Shown piece by piece: positions 26,030-36,500 of a DNA stretch of 64,000 nt. Below the pieces are notes generated by a model that ran no database searches, was not told the DNA's origin, and was given only the letters and a program-made list of their open reading frames with translations. Every line of letters starts with the position of its first letter. Position 1 is the stretch's first letter. The DNA is from Acidobacteriota bacterium (lineage in GTDB: Bacteria > Acidobacteriota > Vicinamibacteria > Vicinamibacterales > UBA8438): the NCBI GenBank assembly GCA_026708265.1, contig JAPOVI010000309.1:12949-76948 (forward strand). Reading direction: 5' to 3'. The position numbers and the translations under genes are program-made.

Positions 26030-27837
26030 AGGTTCCCCCGGCTCATCTCGTCCGCCAGGTACTCGGACGCCCGCCAGGCGAGCGCGTTGATCGTCAGCGT
26101 GGGGTTCTTGTCGGGATTGCTGACGAACGACGCCCCGTCGCAGACGAAGAGGTTGCGGGCGTCGTGCGCCTGGCAGAAGCCGTTGAGCGCCGACGTACCG
26201 GCGTCGTCGCCCATGCGGACCGTGCCCACCTCGTGGATGATGCTGCCGCCGATGGAGATTCCGGACGCGTCGCGCCGCGCCGGCGCGTCGGGCTCGCCTC
26301 CGAGCAGCGCCATCAGCTCCGTGAACGTCTCGCGCATGTGGCGCGCCTGTCGGATCTCGTGCTCGCTCCAGCGGAAATGGAAGCGCAGCACCGGGATACC
26401 CCAGCGGTCGACGACGGTCGGGTCGATCTCGCAGTAGCTGGCGTCGTTCGGGATCATCTCGCCCCGGCCGGCGAAGCTGACCCGCGTCCCGTACTCGCGC
26501 CGCGCCCGCTCCTTGAGCGCCGCGCCGTAGCCGGCCGCCCGGGCGGAGCGCTGGAACGATCCGATGCCGGGCATGCCGTAGCCGCCGCCGATCTCGATGT
26601 GATAGCCGCGGGGGAAGCCGAGGCGCTGCTGGTCGTCCCACCCCCACCACGGCATGTAGAGATGCGCCCCGCCCGCCCCGTCGCTGTTGTAGCGCGGCAG
26701 CCGCTCGAGGGCCGGCACGTAACCGCCGAGCCCGAAGCCGACCGTGTCCATCAGGTAGCGGCCGACGACGCCGGAATGGTTGGCTACCCCGGACGGGAAA
26801 TCGCGCGTCCTCGAGTTCAGGAGCAGCCGGGCCGACTCGCAGGCGCTCGCGGCCAGGACCAGAACGCGGCTCCGAACGCTGCGCTCCTCCCCCGTCCGCT
26901 TGTCGACGTAGACGACGCCGGTCACCCGTCCGTCCCCGTCGGTCGTGATCGCCCGCGCCATCGCCTGATCGATGAGGGTGAGCCGCCCCGTCTCGAGCGC
27001 CGGCAGGATCTGCACCTGGCTCGCCGAGTAGTTCGATGCCGTCAGGCAGCCGCGGCCGCACTGCCCGCAGTAATGGCAGGGCGGCCGACCGTTCAGCGGC
27101 CGGGTGATGACCGCCCGCCGGTTGGGGATGCACGGGATCCCGAGCTTGTGGCTCGCCCGCTGGATGAGCAGCTCGTGCGCCTTGGGCGGCGGCGGCTCGT
27201 GGAACACCCCGTCCGGGGCGCTGCGCAGGCCCTCGCGGCTCCCGGTGACCCCGATGAACGCCTCGGCCCTGTCGTAGTACGGGGCGATGTCCTCGTACGT
27301 GATCGGCCAGTTCCACCCCAGCCCGTCCCGGTCCCGCGGGTTGAAGTCGTAGTCCGAGAAGCGGAACGTCATCCGCCCGTAGTGGTTGGTCCGGCCGCCG
27401 ACGATGCGGGAGCGGAACCACCAGAAGTCGTCCGTGTCGTCGGCGACCGTGTACGGCTCGCCGTCGAGCTCCCAGCCGCCGCTGGTGGTGGAGAAGAAGC
27501 CGAACGGCTTCCCCTCGCCGAAGTAGCGCCGGCCTCCGGGCTCGGCCCCGCGGTGCTCGTACTCGTACGGCCAGTGGTGCTCCTTGAACTCCCGATAGGG
27601 ATCGAGCATCGGGCCGGCCTCGAGCAGCGTCACCCGGACGCCGAGGCGGGTGAGCACGTGGGCCACCGTCGCGCCGCCGGCCCCGGAGCCGATGACGACG
27701 ACGTCGTGGATCTCCTCGCGCGGCTGGATGGCGGCCACTGCCTCGGTAGAAGAGAAACAGGGCAACGGACGGGACGAACGGACCAAGAAAGAAGGCCCGG
27801 CTTCGAAACCGGGCCTTCCGGGTACCACTCCCGACAT
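26026..27837 (-). CDS. GMC family FAD oxidoreductase (large subunit partner of the Tat subunit)
   Basis: DVVVIGSGAGGATVAHVLTRLGVRVTLLEAGP, a CHYCGQCGRGC Cys cluster, and C-terminal HEVGTVRMGDD...NLFVCDGASFVSNPDKNPTLTINALAWRASEYL. The start codon is uncertain. Confidence 0.85.
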   Translation of the reverse strand: MSGVVPGRPGFEAGPSFLVRSSRPLPCFSSTEAVAAIQPREEIHDVVVIGSGAGGATVAHVLTRLGVRVTLLEAGPMLDPYREFKEHHWPYEYEHRGAEPGGRRYFGEGKPFGFFSTTSGGWELDGEPYTVADDTDDFWWFRSRIVGGRTNHYGRMTFRFSDYDFNPRDRDGLGWNWPITYEDIAPYYDRAEAFIGVTGSREGLRSAPDGVFHEPPPPKAHELLIQRASHKLGIPCIPNRRAVITRPLNGRPPCHYCGQCGRGCLTASNYSASQVQILPALETGRLTLIDQAMARAITTDGDGRVTGVVYVDKRTGEERSVRSRVLVLAASACESARLLLNSRTRDFPSGVANHSGVVGRYLMDTVGFGLGGYVPALERLPRYNSDGAGGAHLYMPWWGWDDQQRLGFPRGYHIEIGGGYGMPGIGSFQRSARAAGYGAALKERARREYGTRVSFAGRGEMIPNDASYCEIDPTVVDRWGIPVLRFHFRWSEHEIRQARHMRETFTELMALLGGEPDAPARRDASGISIGGSIIHEVGTVRMGDDAGTSALNGFCQAHDARNLFVCDGASFVSNPDKNPTLTINALAWRASEYLADEMSRGNL

Positions 27838-27915
27838 CCTCCGCCGCAGGGTGCTCGCTCCAGAGCGCGCGCTACCAGCGACGGCGTGGGCGCTCCTACG
27901 GGGGCGCGTTGCGCG

Positions 27916-29253
27916 CTACGCGACGGACAGCAGGTTGAGCCTGCCGGTGCTGTCGCTCATCTTGTCGACCGGCACCCCCATCTTGTCCAGGATGGTGAGG
28001 TGCAGGTTCGTCGCCGGGGTCTTCTCCCGATAGCGCAGGTGCCGCCCGCCCGGCTTGAGCTGGCCCGAGCCGCCGCCGACGAGCACGAGGGGCAGCCCCT
28101 TGTTGTCGTGGCGGTTGCTGTCGGACATGCCCGCGCCGTAGAGCATCATCATGTTGTCGAGCAGGTTGCCGTCCCCGTCCGGCGTGGCCCGCGCCTTCTC
28201 GAGGAAGTAGGCGAAGAGCGAGAGGTGGAACTCGTTGATCTTCGCGATCTTCTCGTAGAGCGTCGGGTCGTCGCGGTGGTGGGACGTCGGGTGGTGCGAG
28301 TCCGGAACGCCGATCTCCGGATACGTCCGCCCGCTGATCTCGCGCGCCATCATGTAGGTGCTCACGCGCGTCAGGTCGGTCTGGTACGCCAGCAGCATCA
28401 GGTCGAACATCAGCCGGGCGTGCTCGGCGTAGGTCGCCGGAATGCCGGCGGGCTGATCGACCTCGGGCAGCTCGCGGTCGCTCTGCTCCTCGGCCTTCTG
28501 GATGCGGCGCTCGATGTCGCGCACGGCCTCGAGGTACTCGGTCACCCGCAGCCGGTCGTTCGGACCGAGCTCGCGCTGCAGCGTGTCGACCTTCTCGCTC
28601 ACCGAGTCGAGGATGCTGCGATCCTTGCGGATGCGCGCGAGGCGTGCGGCCGGGTCGGTCGATCCGGCGTCGCCGAAGAGCTGCTCGAAGACGGCGCGGG
28701 GATTGTTCTCGCCGAGGAGCGGCGTCGTCTCATTGCGCCACGCGATGGTGTTCGTGTAGGTGCAGCTGAAGCCGACGTCGCACGACCCCGACACGTCGCG
28801 GCTGTCGAGCGCGATCTCCAGGGAGGCGAGCTGGGTGTCCTTCGCGAACTCGCGCGCGATCAACTGGTCCACGGAGACGCCGGCGCGCAGGTTCGACTCG
28901 GTCCGCGCGGGCGTGACGCCGGTCAGGAAGCGCGTGGCCGCGCTGGCGTGAACGCCCGCGTTGCTGGCGACGCCGTTCAGGCCCGTCAGCACGGTCATCT
29001 GGTCGCGGTACGGCGCGATCTGCTGCAGCAGGCGCGTCGTCTCGAAGGCCGCCCCCTCCGCCGCCGGCGTCCAGTGCTTCATCGCCATGCCGTTCGGCAC
29101 GTAGACGACGCCGAAGCGGCGCACGGGCCGGGCCGCGCTGTTCCGAATGGCCGCGAACGCCGGAACCATGCCGTCGAGCAACGGCAGGGCCAGCGTGGCG
29201 CCGATGCCGCGCAGCACGGTGCGGCGGGGAATCGCCTTCCTGGTAACCATCAT
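27916..29253 (-). CDS. DUF1552 domain protein with Tat-type signal (copy 1)
   Basis: MMVTRKAIPRRTVLRGIGATLALPLLDGM. About 445 aa. The start overlaps the upstream DUF1592 stop (ATGA). The family is recognised from memory of Planctomycete/Acidobacterial annotations. Confidence 0.85.
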   Translation of the reverse strand: MMVTRKAIPRRTVLRGIGATLALPLLDGMVPAFAAIRNSAARPVRRFGVVYVPNGMAMKHWTPAAEGAAFETTRLLQQIAPYRDQMTVLTGLNGVASNAGVHASAATRFLTGVTPARTESNLRAGVSVDQLIAREFAKDTQLASLEIALDSRDVSGSCDVGFSCTYTNTIAWRNETTPLLGENNPRAVFEQLFGDAGSTDPAARLARIRKDRSILDSVSEKVDTLQRELGPNDRLRVTEYLEAVRDIERRIQKAEEQSDRELPEVDQPAGIPATYAEHARLMFDLMLLAYQTDLTRVSTYMMAREISGRTYPEIGVPDSHHPTSHHRDDPTLYEKIAKINEFHLSLFAYFLEKARATPDGDGNLLDNMMMLYGAGMSDSNRHDNKGLPLVLVGGGSGQLKPGGRHLRYREKTPATNLHLTILDKMGVPVDKMSDSTGRLNLLSVA

Positions 29254-31760
29254 GAGTCTGACCTCCGCATCTGGAATGCCGTGCTCTTCACGATTCCGAG
29301 AATGATGGACGACCAGCGGTAGTCCTCGCCGGCCGCCTCGCGCACGATCCGCCGCACCGTCGGGGCATCATAGTACTCCAGGCCCCGGCCGAGTGCGTAC
29401 ATCATCAGCTTTTCGGTGACGGTCCCGACGAAATCGTCCGGCCGATTCAGCAGGAGATCCCGGAGGCCCGTCGGTCCGTCGAACGCCGCCCCGTCCGGCA
29501 GCGTCCCCGAGGCGTCGATCGGCGTGCCGGCCTCGCTGGTCGGCCGCCACTCGCCGATGGCGTTGAAGTTCTCGAGCGAGAAGCCGATCGGGTCCATCGG
29601 CGCGTGGCATACCGCGCACGCCGGGTTCTCGCGGTGGATCACCAGCGCCTCGCGCATCGAGAGCGGCTCGCCGTCGGCGTTCTCCTCTTCCAGCGTCGGC
29701 ACGTCGGGCGGAGGCTCCGGCGGAGGCGCGCCGAGCAGATTCTCCAGCACCCACTTGCCGCGCAGGACCGGCGACGTCCGGTTGGGATACGAGGTCACGG
29801 TCATCAGGCTGCCGTGGCTCAGCAACCCGGCGCGCTCGCCCGGCGCGAACGTGACCTTGCGGAACCGGTTCCCGTAGACGTTCGGAATCCCGTAATGCCG
29901 CGCCAGCCGCTCGTTGACGAAGGTGTAGTCGGCCCGCAGCAGGTCGAGCATGCTGGCGTCGTCGCGCAATTGCTGCTCGATGAAGAGCTCCGTCTCCGCC
30001 TGGTAGGCCTCCCGCAGATTCTCGTCGAACTCCGGGAACTCCAGCGGATCCGGGTAGACGCTCTCGATGTTGCGGAGATGCAGCCACTGCCCTGCGAAGT
30101 TGTCGACGAGGGCCTTCGCGCGCGAGTCCGCCAGCATCCGGCGCACCTGCCGTTCGAGGACGGCCGGGTCGGACAGCGTGCCGTCCTCCGCGCGATCGAG
30201 CAACTCGTCGTCGGGGATGCTGCTCCAGAGGAAGAACGACAGGCGCGAGGCGAGCTCGATGTCGCTGACCGGGTACGGCGTCCCCTGGGCCGCGTCTACC
30301 GGATCCCGCTCGATGCGGTACAGGAAGTCCGGGTCCGCCAACAGCCGTTCGAGCGCGAAGCCGATGCCATCGTCGAAGCTTCCGTCGCGACGACCGGCCT
30401 CGTAGAAGTCGAGGAGCGTGCGGACGTCGGTCTCCGTCACCGGTCGGCGGTAGGCGCGGCGCGCCAGCGTCGACAGGATCTCCCGAGCGCACGCCGGCTC
30501 GTCGGCGGGCGTCGCCGCCGCGCAGGTGAAGATACGCCGCCGGGTCGGCGTGCTGCCCGGTCCGTCGACGGTGTAGGGGCCGCTGATCTGCACGCTGCTG
30601 AGAGCCGGATTGCCGTCCGGCATGTCGTTGATCGCCAGGGCGAAGCCGGTCTGACGCGGCTGCAGCACGCCGTCCGGCTCCCACGTCTCGCGCGGGAACG
30701 TGATGCCGATCACGTGCGGTCCGGCCTCCACGTTGACGCGGACTTCCAGTCCGTCGTCGGCGTGCAGCGTGTACGACTCCCAGTCGTCCGTGCCGCGGAT
30801 GTTGCCGGCGAAGCTGATCGGAGACGGCGTCCCGGGCGCCTCGCCGCCGAATGTGAACTGCTCGATGCGCCGGCCGTCGAGGCGGAACTCGATCTCGTGC
30901 GCCTGGTCGATGCCGCGCACGTAGCCGACGTAGTTCGTCTGGAGGCGCGCCCGGATGACGTACTCTCCGTCGACCGGGAAGTGATGCCGGATGGCGGCGC
31001 CGCCGCGCGAGCCGAACGGCAGGTCCTCGCTCTGGCGGTCTTCCTGGATGAGGTTCAGCGGGACATCGTAGGTCCGGATGACGGCTCCGCCCGCGGGCGG
31101 GCGGCCGATGGCCAGCCGGCTGATCTTGCGCGCCGCCGAGACGTAGCGGTCGAGCAGCGCCGGCGAGAGCGAGAGCATGCCGGCGTTGTTGTCGAAGCCG
31201 TGCCGGTCGGGCGCGTCGGCCGGAATCCACTCGCCGACGTCGACGTCGAGGTCGAGGAGGTCGCGGACGACGTTCCGGTATTCCGTCTGGTTCAGGCGGT
31301 GGAACGCGTGCGTCCGCCCGGGATTCGGATTCGCCGCCGCCGCGGCATCGAGCTGATCCTCGAGCCAGCGCCGGAACCCGTCGTAGGTCTCCTTGTCGGG
31401 CCGCGGCCGCGGCTGCGGAGGCATCGCGCCGACGCGCAGCTTGCGGACCACCGCCTCCCACACCTCGGGATCCTCGCTCACGTTGTCGATGTCGACGTCG
31501 TCGAGGGCCAGGCCGACGGCGCGGAGCTGGGAGACGAGGAGCGAGCGCGGCTCGTCCGTGCCCCGCACGAAGTCGCCGTTGTGGCAGGTCACGCAGTAGC
31601 GGTCGACCAGGGCGCGCTGCGGCGAGACAGCCGCGTGCGCGGGCTCCCCGGAGCCGGCGGGCTCGGCGACGCCCGCGGCCGGGGCAGGTTGCGCGTGCGC
31701 GAGGGCTGCGAACGCGAGCGTGAAGCCGACCGCCGCGAGCGCGCAGCTCAGTGTTCGCAC
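29250..31760 (-). CDS. DUF1592/DUF1595/DUF1587/DUF1588/DUF1585-type multidomain protein with N-terminal CxxCH (copy 1)
   Basis: The 939-aa ORF is trimmed to GTG 31760 after GAGGAGG (VRTLSCALAAVGFTLAFAALAHA signal). Carries DRYCVTCHN, KLRVGAMPP, FHRLNQTEYRNVVRDLL, SFFLWSSIPDDELL, ACAVCHAPMDPIGFSLENF and KLMMYALGR. Confidence 0.85.
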   Translation of the reverse strand: MRTLSCALAAVGFTLAFAALAHAQPAPAAGVAEPAGSGEPAHAAVSPQRALVDRYCVTCHNGDFVRGTDEPRSLLVSQLRAVGLALDDVDIDNVSEDPEVWEAVVRKLRVGAMPPQPRPRPDKETYDGFRRWLEDQLDAAAAANPNPGRTHAFHRLNQTEYRNVVRDLLDLDVDVGEWIPADAPDRHGFDNNAGMLSLSPALLDRYVSAARKISRLAIGRPPAGGAVIRTYDVPLNLIQEDRQSEDLPFGSRGGAAIRHHFPVDGEYVIRARLQTNYVGYVRGIDQAHEIEFRLDGRRIEQFTFGGEAPGTPSPISFAGNIRGTDDWESYTLHADDGLEVRVNVEAGPHVIGITFPRETWEPDGVLQPRQTGFALAINDMPDGNPALSSVQISGPYTVDGPGSTPTRRRIFTCAAATPADEPACAREILSTLARRAYRRPVTETDVRTLLDFYEAGRRDGSFDDGIGFALERLLADPDFLYRIERDPVDAAQGTPYPVSDIELASRLSFFLWSSIPDDELLDRAEDGTLSDPAVLERQVRRMLADSRAKALVDNFAGQWLHLRNIESVYPDPLEFPEFDENLREAYQAETELFIEQQLRDDASMLDLLRADYTFVNERLARHYGIPNVYGNRFRKVTFAPGERAGLLSHGSLMTVTSYPNRTSPVLRGKWVLENLLGAPPPEPPPDVPTLEEENADGEPLSMREALVIHRENPACAVCHAPMDPIGFSLENFNAIGEWRPTSEAGTPIDASGTLPDGAAFDGPTGLRDLLLNRPDDFVGTVTEKLMMYALGRGLEYYDAPTVRRIVREAAGEDYRWSSIILGIVKSTAFQMRRSDS

Positions 31761-31959
31761 CAGCCTGCCTCCTCTTGCGTCGGTGCACCGCGGGCCGCAC
31801 GTCGACTCCGACTCGGAGCCTCGTGTCGCCTCTGATGTGGTGCGTGACCGAATAGTCTGGTCGCATCCACGGTCCGTTGTCAACGTGGACGGCCTGCGAT
31901 ACCATCGGCCACGGGGCTGGCGAAGACCGACCGCGGCCCCGAAGGAGGCAGTCCACGTC

Positions 31960-33564
31960 ATGCGTGCACACGCTCTCGTGGGTCGGGCAACCCGGCTGGT
32001 CGTGCTGGTCATGCTGGTCGGGGCGCTCGGTCCGGCCGCCGCTCCCGTCCTGGCGGGGGCCGACGGCACGGCGCTGATCGAAGCGGCCAGGGGTCAGGAC
32101 GCCGACGCGGTCCGCGCGCTCCTCGCCGCCGGAGCCGACGCCAACGCGGTGCAGGCGGACGGCGCGACCGCCCTGCATTGGGCGGCGTACCGCGACGATC
32201 TCGACACCGCGGACCTCCTGATCGGGGCCGGCGCGGACGTCGAGGCCGCCAACGATCTCGGCGCCACGGCGCTCTGGCTCGCCGCCGGGAACGGGAGCGC
32301 GGCGATGGTCGGCCGCCTGCTGGATGCCGGAGCCCAGCCGAACGCCGCGCTGCCGGAAGGCGAGACGCCGCTCATGACCGCCTCCCGGACCGGCGACGCC
32401 GCCGCGGTGCGTCTCCTCCTGGCCGCCGGGGCCGACGTGAACGCGGTCGAGCGTTCGCGCGGGCAGACCGCGCTCATGTGGGCGGTGGCCCAGGGCCACC
32501 ACGCCATCGTCTCGGCGCTGCTGGACCACGGCGCGGACGTCGGGGCCCGGTCCATCACGCGTCCGCGCCTGATGTACGCGGACTCGACCAACGCCGGCCA
32601 GTACGACGAGGGGGTCATGTGGAACCGCGGCGGCTTCACGGCGCTCCTCTTCGCGGCGCGCGCGGGCGACGTGGAGTCGGCGGGGCTGCTGCTCGACGCC
32701 GGCGCCGACATCGACCAGCCGGCCCCGACCGGGGCGAGCCCCCTGGTCGTGGCGACCCACAGCGGCCAGGGCGCGTTCTCCGCGTACCTTCTGGAACGGG
32801 GAGCCGACGCGAATGCGGCCGGCGCGGGGTACACGGCCCTGCACGCCGCCATCCTGCGCGGCGACCGGCGGCTCGTGGAGCAGCTCCTCGAGCATGGCGC
32901 CGACCCCAACGCCCGCGTCGAGCGCGGCACGCCTCTCCGGCGGGCCAGTCAGGACTGGGCCCTCAACCCGTCGCTCGTCAGCGCCACGCCGTACTGGCTT
33001 GCCACCTACTTCCGCGATCCGGCGATGATGCGTGACCTGGTGGCTGCCGGCGCCGACCCCCGGACGACGACGCGAGAGCTCTGGCGTCCGGTCCTTCAGC
33101 GCGCGGGCGGCGTCGGGCCGCCCTTCGTGGCCGGCGGCTTCGCGACGCCGCTGATGGCCGCCGTTCGGGGAACGAGCACGCGCAACCGCTTCCGCCTCTC
33201 GGGCGGCGCAAGCCCCGACCCGGACCTGGAGGAGCGGCACGCGCTGGAGACGGCGCAGGTCGCCGTGGAGCTCGGGGCCGACGTCAACGCCACCGACTGG
33301 AACGGCGACACGGCGCTCCACACCGCGGCCTCCCGCAACTACACGACCCTGGTCCGCTTCCTGGCGGAGCAGGGCGCCGATCTGGACGTCGGGAACGCCG
33401 CCGGGCGGACGCCGCTGGCGCTCGCCAAGAGCGCGGCGGCGGCGCGCACGCAGAGGCTCATCGTGCTGGGACGCGACCCGAGCGGCAATACCGCGACCGT
33501 GCTTCACGAACTCGGCGCGAAGGACGAGCCGGCAGCAAGCGCTGACGAGGCCGATTGGCGCTGA
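31960..33564 (+). CDS. secreted ankyrin-repeat protein (paralog 1 of 3)
   Basis: ATG 31960 after GAAGGAGG. A signal peptide is followed by many DGATALHWAA...LL..GADVNA repeats. Confidence 0.85.
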   Translation: MRAHALVGRATRLVVLVMLVGALGPAAAPVLAGADGTALIEAARGQDADAVRALLAAGADANAVQADGATALHWAAYRDDLDTADLLIGAGADVEAANDLGATALWLAAGNGSAAMVGRLLDAGAQPNAALPEGETPLMTASRTGDAAAVRLLLAAGADVNAVERSRGQTALMWAVAQGHHAIVSALLDHGADVGARSITRPRLMYADSTNAGQYDEGVMWNRGGFTALLFAARAGDVESAGLLLDAGADIDQPAPTGASPLVVATHSGQGAFSAYLLERGADANAAGAGYTALHAAILRGDRRLVEQLLEHGADPNARVERGTPLRRASQDWALNPSLVSATPYWLATYFRDPAMMRDLVAAGADPRTTTRELWRPVLQRAGGVGPPFVAGGFATPLMAAVRGTSTRNRFRLSGGASPDPDLEERHALETAQVAVELGADVNATDWNGDTALHTAASRNYTTLVRFLAEQGADLDVGNAAGRTPLALAKSAAAARTQRLIVLGRDPSGNTATVLHELGAKDEPAASADEADWR

Positions 33565-36500
33565 CGCGATTCTCCCGCGCCCCCGAGCGGCCCGTCCGGC
33601 GCCGCCGGCGCCCGGGGCGGAAACGCGTCTTTCGACGCGCGGGGCTGAGTCTGGCCTGCGCGGCAGGGCTCGGCGCCCACCTCGCAGCCACGTCCCAGGG
33701 GCCGCTCGCACCGCCCGCAGCGGCGCCGCCGGCGGGCTTCCACACGCTCGACGTCGGCGTCGTCCCCTTCCTCAACCTGAGCCGGCAACCCGACGACGAC
33801 TGGATCGGTGAGGGCATCGCGGAGACCGTCGCGACCGACCTCCGGGCACGGGGCTGGACCGTAGCAGCGTGCGCCGACGCCTCCGGGTGGGGCGCCGCAC
33901 GCGAACAGACCGCCGCCCATACCGGGGGAGACCGCGCTACCGGCCGCGACGACAGGGGCAACGCGGTCAGGGCCGACGGCGACACCGGGAACGGCGATTC
34001 CGGGAACGGCGATTCCGGAAACGGCGACACCGGCAACAGCGACACCGGGCGGCGGGGCAGCGGAGACGGGGCGTCAGCGAACGGCTGCGGCGGTCCGCGC
34101 ATCCGGGTGCAGGTCGACGGCACGTTCGAACGCGTCGGCGATCACCTTCACATCACCGCCGAGGTCTTCGACGTCGCGGCAGGCGAAGTGGCCCACCGAG
34201 CCCGCATCGATGGCGCGGTCGGCGATTTCTTCGCCCTCCAGGACCATCTCGTGTCGACGCTGGCGGACGGTCTGGCCGCGGTGAACGGCCCGTCAGCGCC
34301 CTCCGTCACCGGGTCGCTGGCGTTCGAGCCCGCCACCAGCGGCGGCGCGGACGCCGGGCGCGGCACGGACGCCGACGGAGGCGGCTCCCGTGACGGCCAC
34401 GGGGGCGGCGGCGCAGCGTCACCGGCGGTGGCCGCGTCGGCTGGGTCCGGAGCCCGGCAAGGGTCCGGGCTCGGCGGATTCACCATCGGCGGACGGCCGC
34501 GCGCGGTGGCGGCGCGGACGAACCGGCCGCCCCGCATCGACGGGCGTCTCGACGACGCGGTGTGGCTGTCGGTCGAGCCGATCACCGATTTCGTCCAGAC
34601 GAGCCCGGTGGAAGGCGCTCCCGCGACCGAGCGGACCGAGGTGTGGATTGCCTACGACCGCGACCACCTCTACATCGCCTTCTACGCGCACTACTCGGAC
34701 CCGGGCATCATCCGGGCGAACCGCGCGGAGCGCGACCAGTCGATGGGCGACGACCGGATGGCGGTCCTGTTCGACCCGTTCCTCGACCAGCAGCGCGCCT
34801 ACCAGTTCTCGGTGAACGGGTACGGCGTGCCGGGCGACTCGATCGTCAATGCCGGCGGGCAGGCGTCCCGCAGCCGCAGCAGCGTCGGGCGCTCGAGCGG
34901 CGGAGGGGGCGGCGGAGGGGGCGGCGGCGGAGGCGGGGGTGGCGGCGGCGGCGGCGGGAGCTTCCAGGCCGGGTTCGGCATCCGGGGCGACCGCTCCTGG
35001 GACGCGCTGTTCGAGGCGGGCGGCGGTCTCGTCGAGGACGGCTGGACGGCGGAGATGGCCATCCCCTTCAAGAGCCTCCGCTACCCGGCGCGGGCGGCCG
35101 GCCAGTCGCACCGCTGGGGCTTCCAGATCAGCCGCAACATCCGGGAGAAGTCCGAGTCGCTGGTCTGGTCGCCCGTCTCGCGCGACATCGCCGGCCAGTT
35201 GACCCAGATGGGGATGCTGGAGGGGCTGACGGACCTCTCGACGAGCCGCAACCTGGAGTTCCTGCCGACGTTCACGGGCCTCCAGGTCGGCTCGTTCGAC
35301 GGCGGTTCCGGCGGCTTCCGCAACCAGGACCCGCTGGGCGAGATCGGCGTGGGGGTCAAGTACGGGGTCACCTCCAACCTGACGCTCGACCTCACCTACA
35401 ACCCCGACTTCTCGCAGATCGAGTCGGACCGGCCGCAGGTCGAGGTGAACCAGCGCTTCGCCCTCTTCTACCCCGAGCAGCGGCCCTTCTTTCTCGAGGG
35501 CCAGGAGATCTTCGCCGCGGCTACCCCGGTCAACCTCGTGCACACGCGCACGATCGTCGACCCGCGCTACGGGGCGAAGCTCACCGGGAAGGTCGGCGAC
35601 ATGACGCTGGGCGTGTTCGTCGCCGACGACGAGGCCGCCGGACGGCTCGACGACGTGGCGGACCCGGCCTTCGGGAGCTTCGCGCAGTCGTTCATCGGAC
35701 GTGCGCGCTACGACCTCTATCCGGAATCCTATGTCGGCGCGATCGCCACCACGCGGGAGCACGGGGACGACTACACCCGCGTCGGCGGGGTCGACGGCCG
35801 GTTCCGGCTCGACCGGACCCACAGCGTCAGCTTCACGGCCGCCGGCTCCGCGCACCGGAACGCCGTGGACGGGGAGCTTGGCGGGGCGATCCTCGAGGTC
35901 GACTTCGCGCGGCAGGCGCGCAACCTCACCTACAGCCTCGCCCACAGCAGCATCGAGCCCGGCGTCCGCACCGGCACGGGGTTCATCCCGCGCGTCGACA
36001 TCCGCCGCACCGACGCCAACGTCGGCTATCGCTGGTGGCCGGAGGGTCGGCTGATCAACTGGGGCCCCAGCTTCACCTACCTCCGCAACTACAGCCACGT
36101 GGGCGTCCTCGAGGACGAGCAGTTCCGCGGCGACGTCACCTTCGAGTTCGTCCGCAGCGTGCGCCTGACCGGCGGCGTCAACCGCGATCTGGAGCGCTAC
36201 GGCGGCATCGACTTCCGGAAGACCAACTACTCGTTCTTCGGCGTCGTGAGCGGACGCGTGCTGTCCGTCGTGGGCGGGTTCAACGGCGGCGACGGGATCT
36301 ACTTCAGCGACAACCCGTTCCTCGGCCGCTCCAGCGGAGGGAACCTGGCGTTCTACCTGCGCCCGACGCCGCGGCTCCGCGCCGACCTGCAGACGCTGTT
36401 CAGCCGCTTCGCCGACCCCTACGGCGCGACCGTGTTCGACGTGCAGATCTACCGCTGGCGGGCGAACTACCAGTTCACCAACCGCCTGCTCCTGCGGCAC

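Noticed and set aside
34899-34958. (GGN)20 tract as an independent non-coding repeat or an assembly artefact
   Set aside because: It is exactly in frame (60 nt) within a continuous, homology-supported ORF and uses mixed Gly codons. I therefore keep it as a coding poly-Gly linker. An artefact cannot be excluded without reads.
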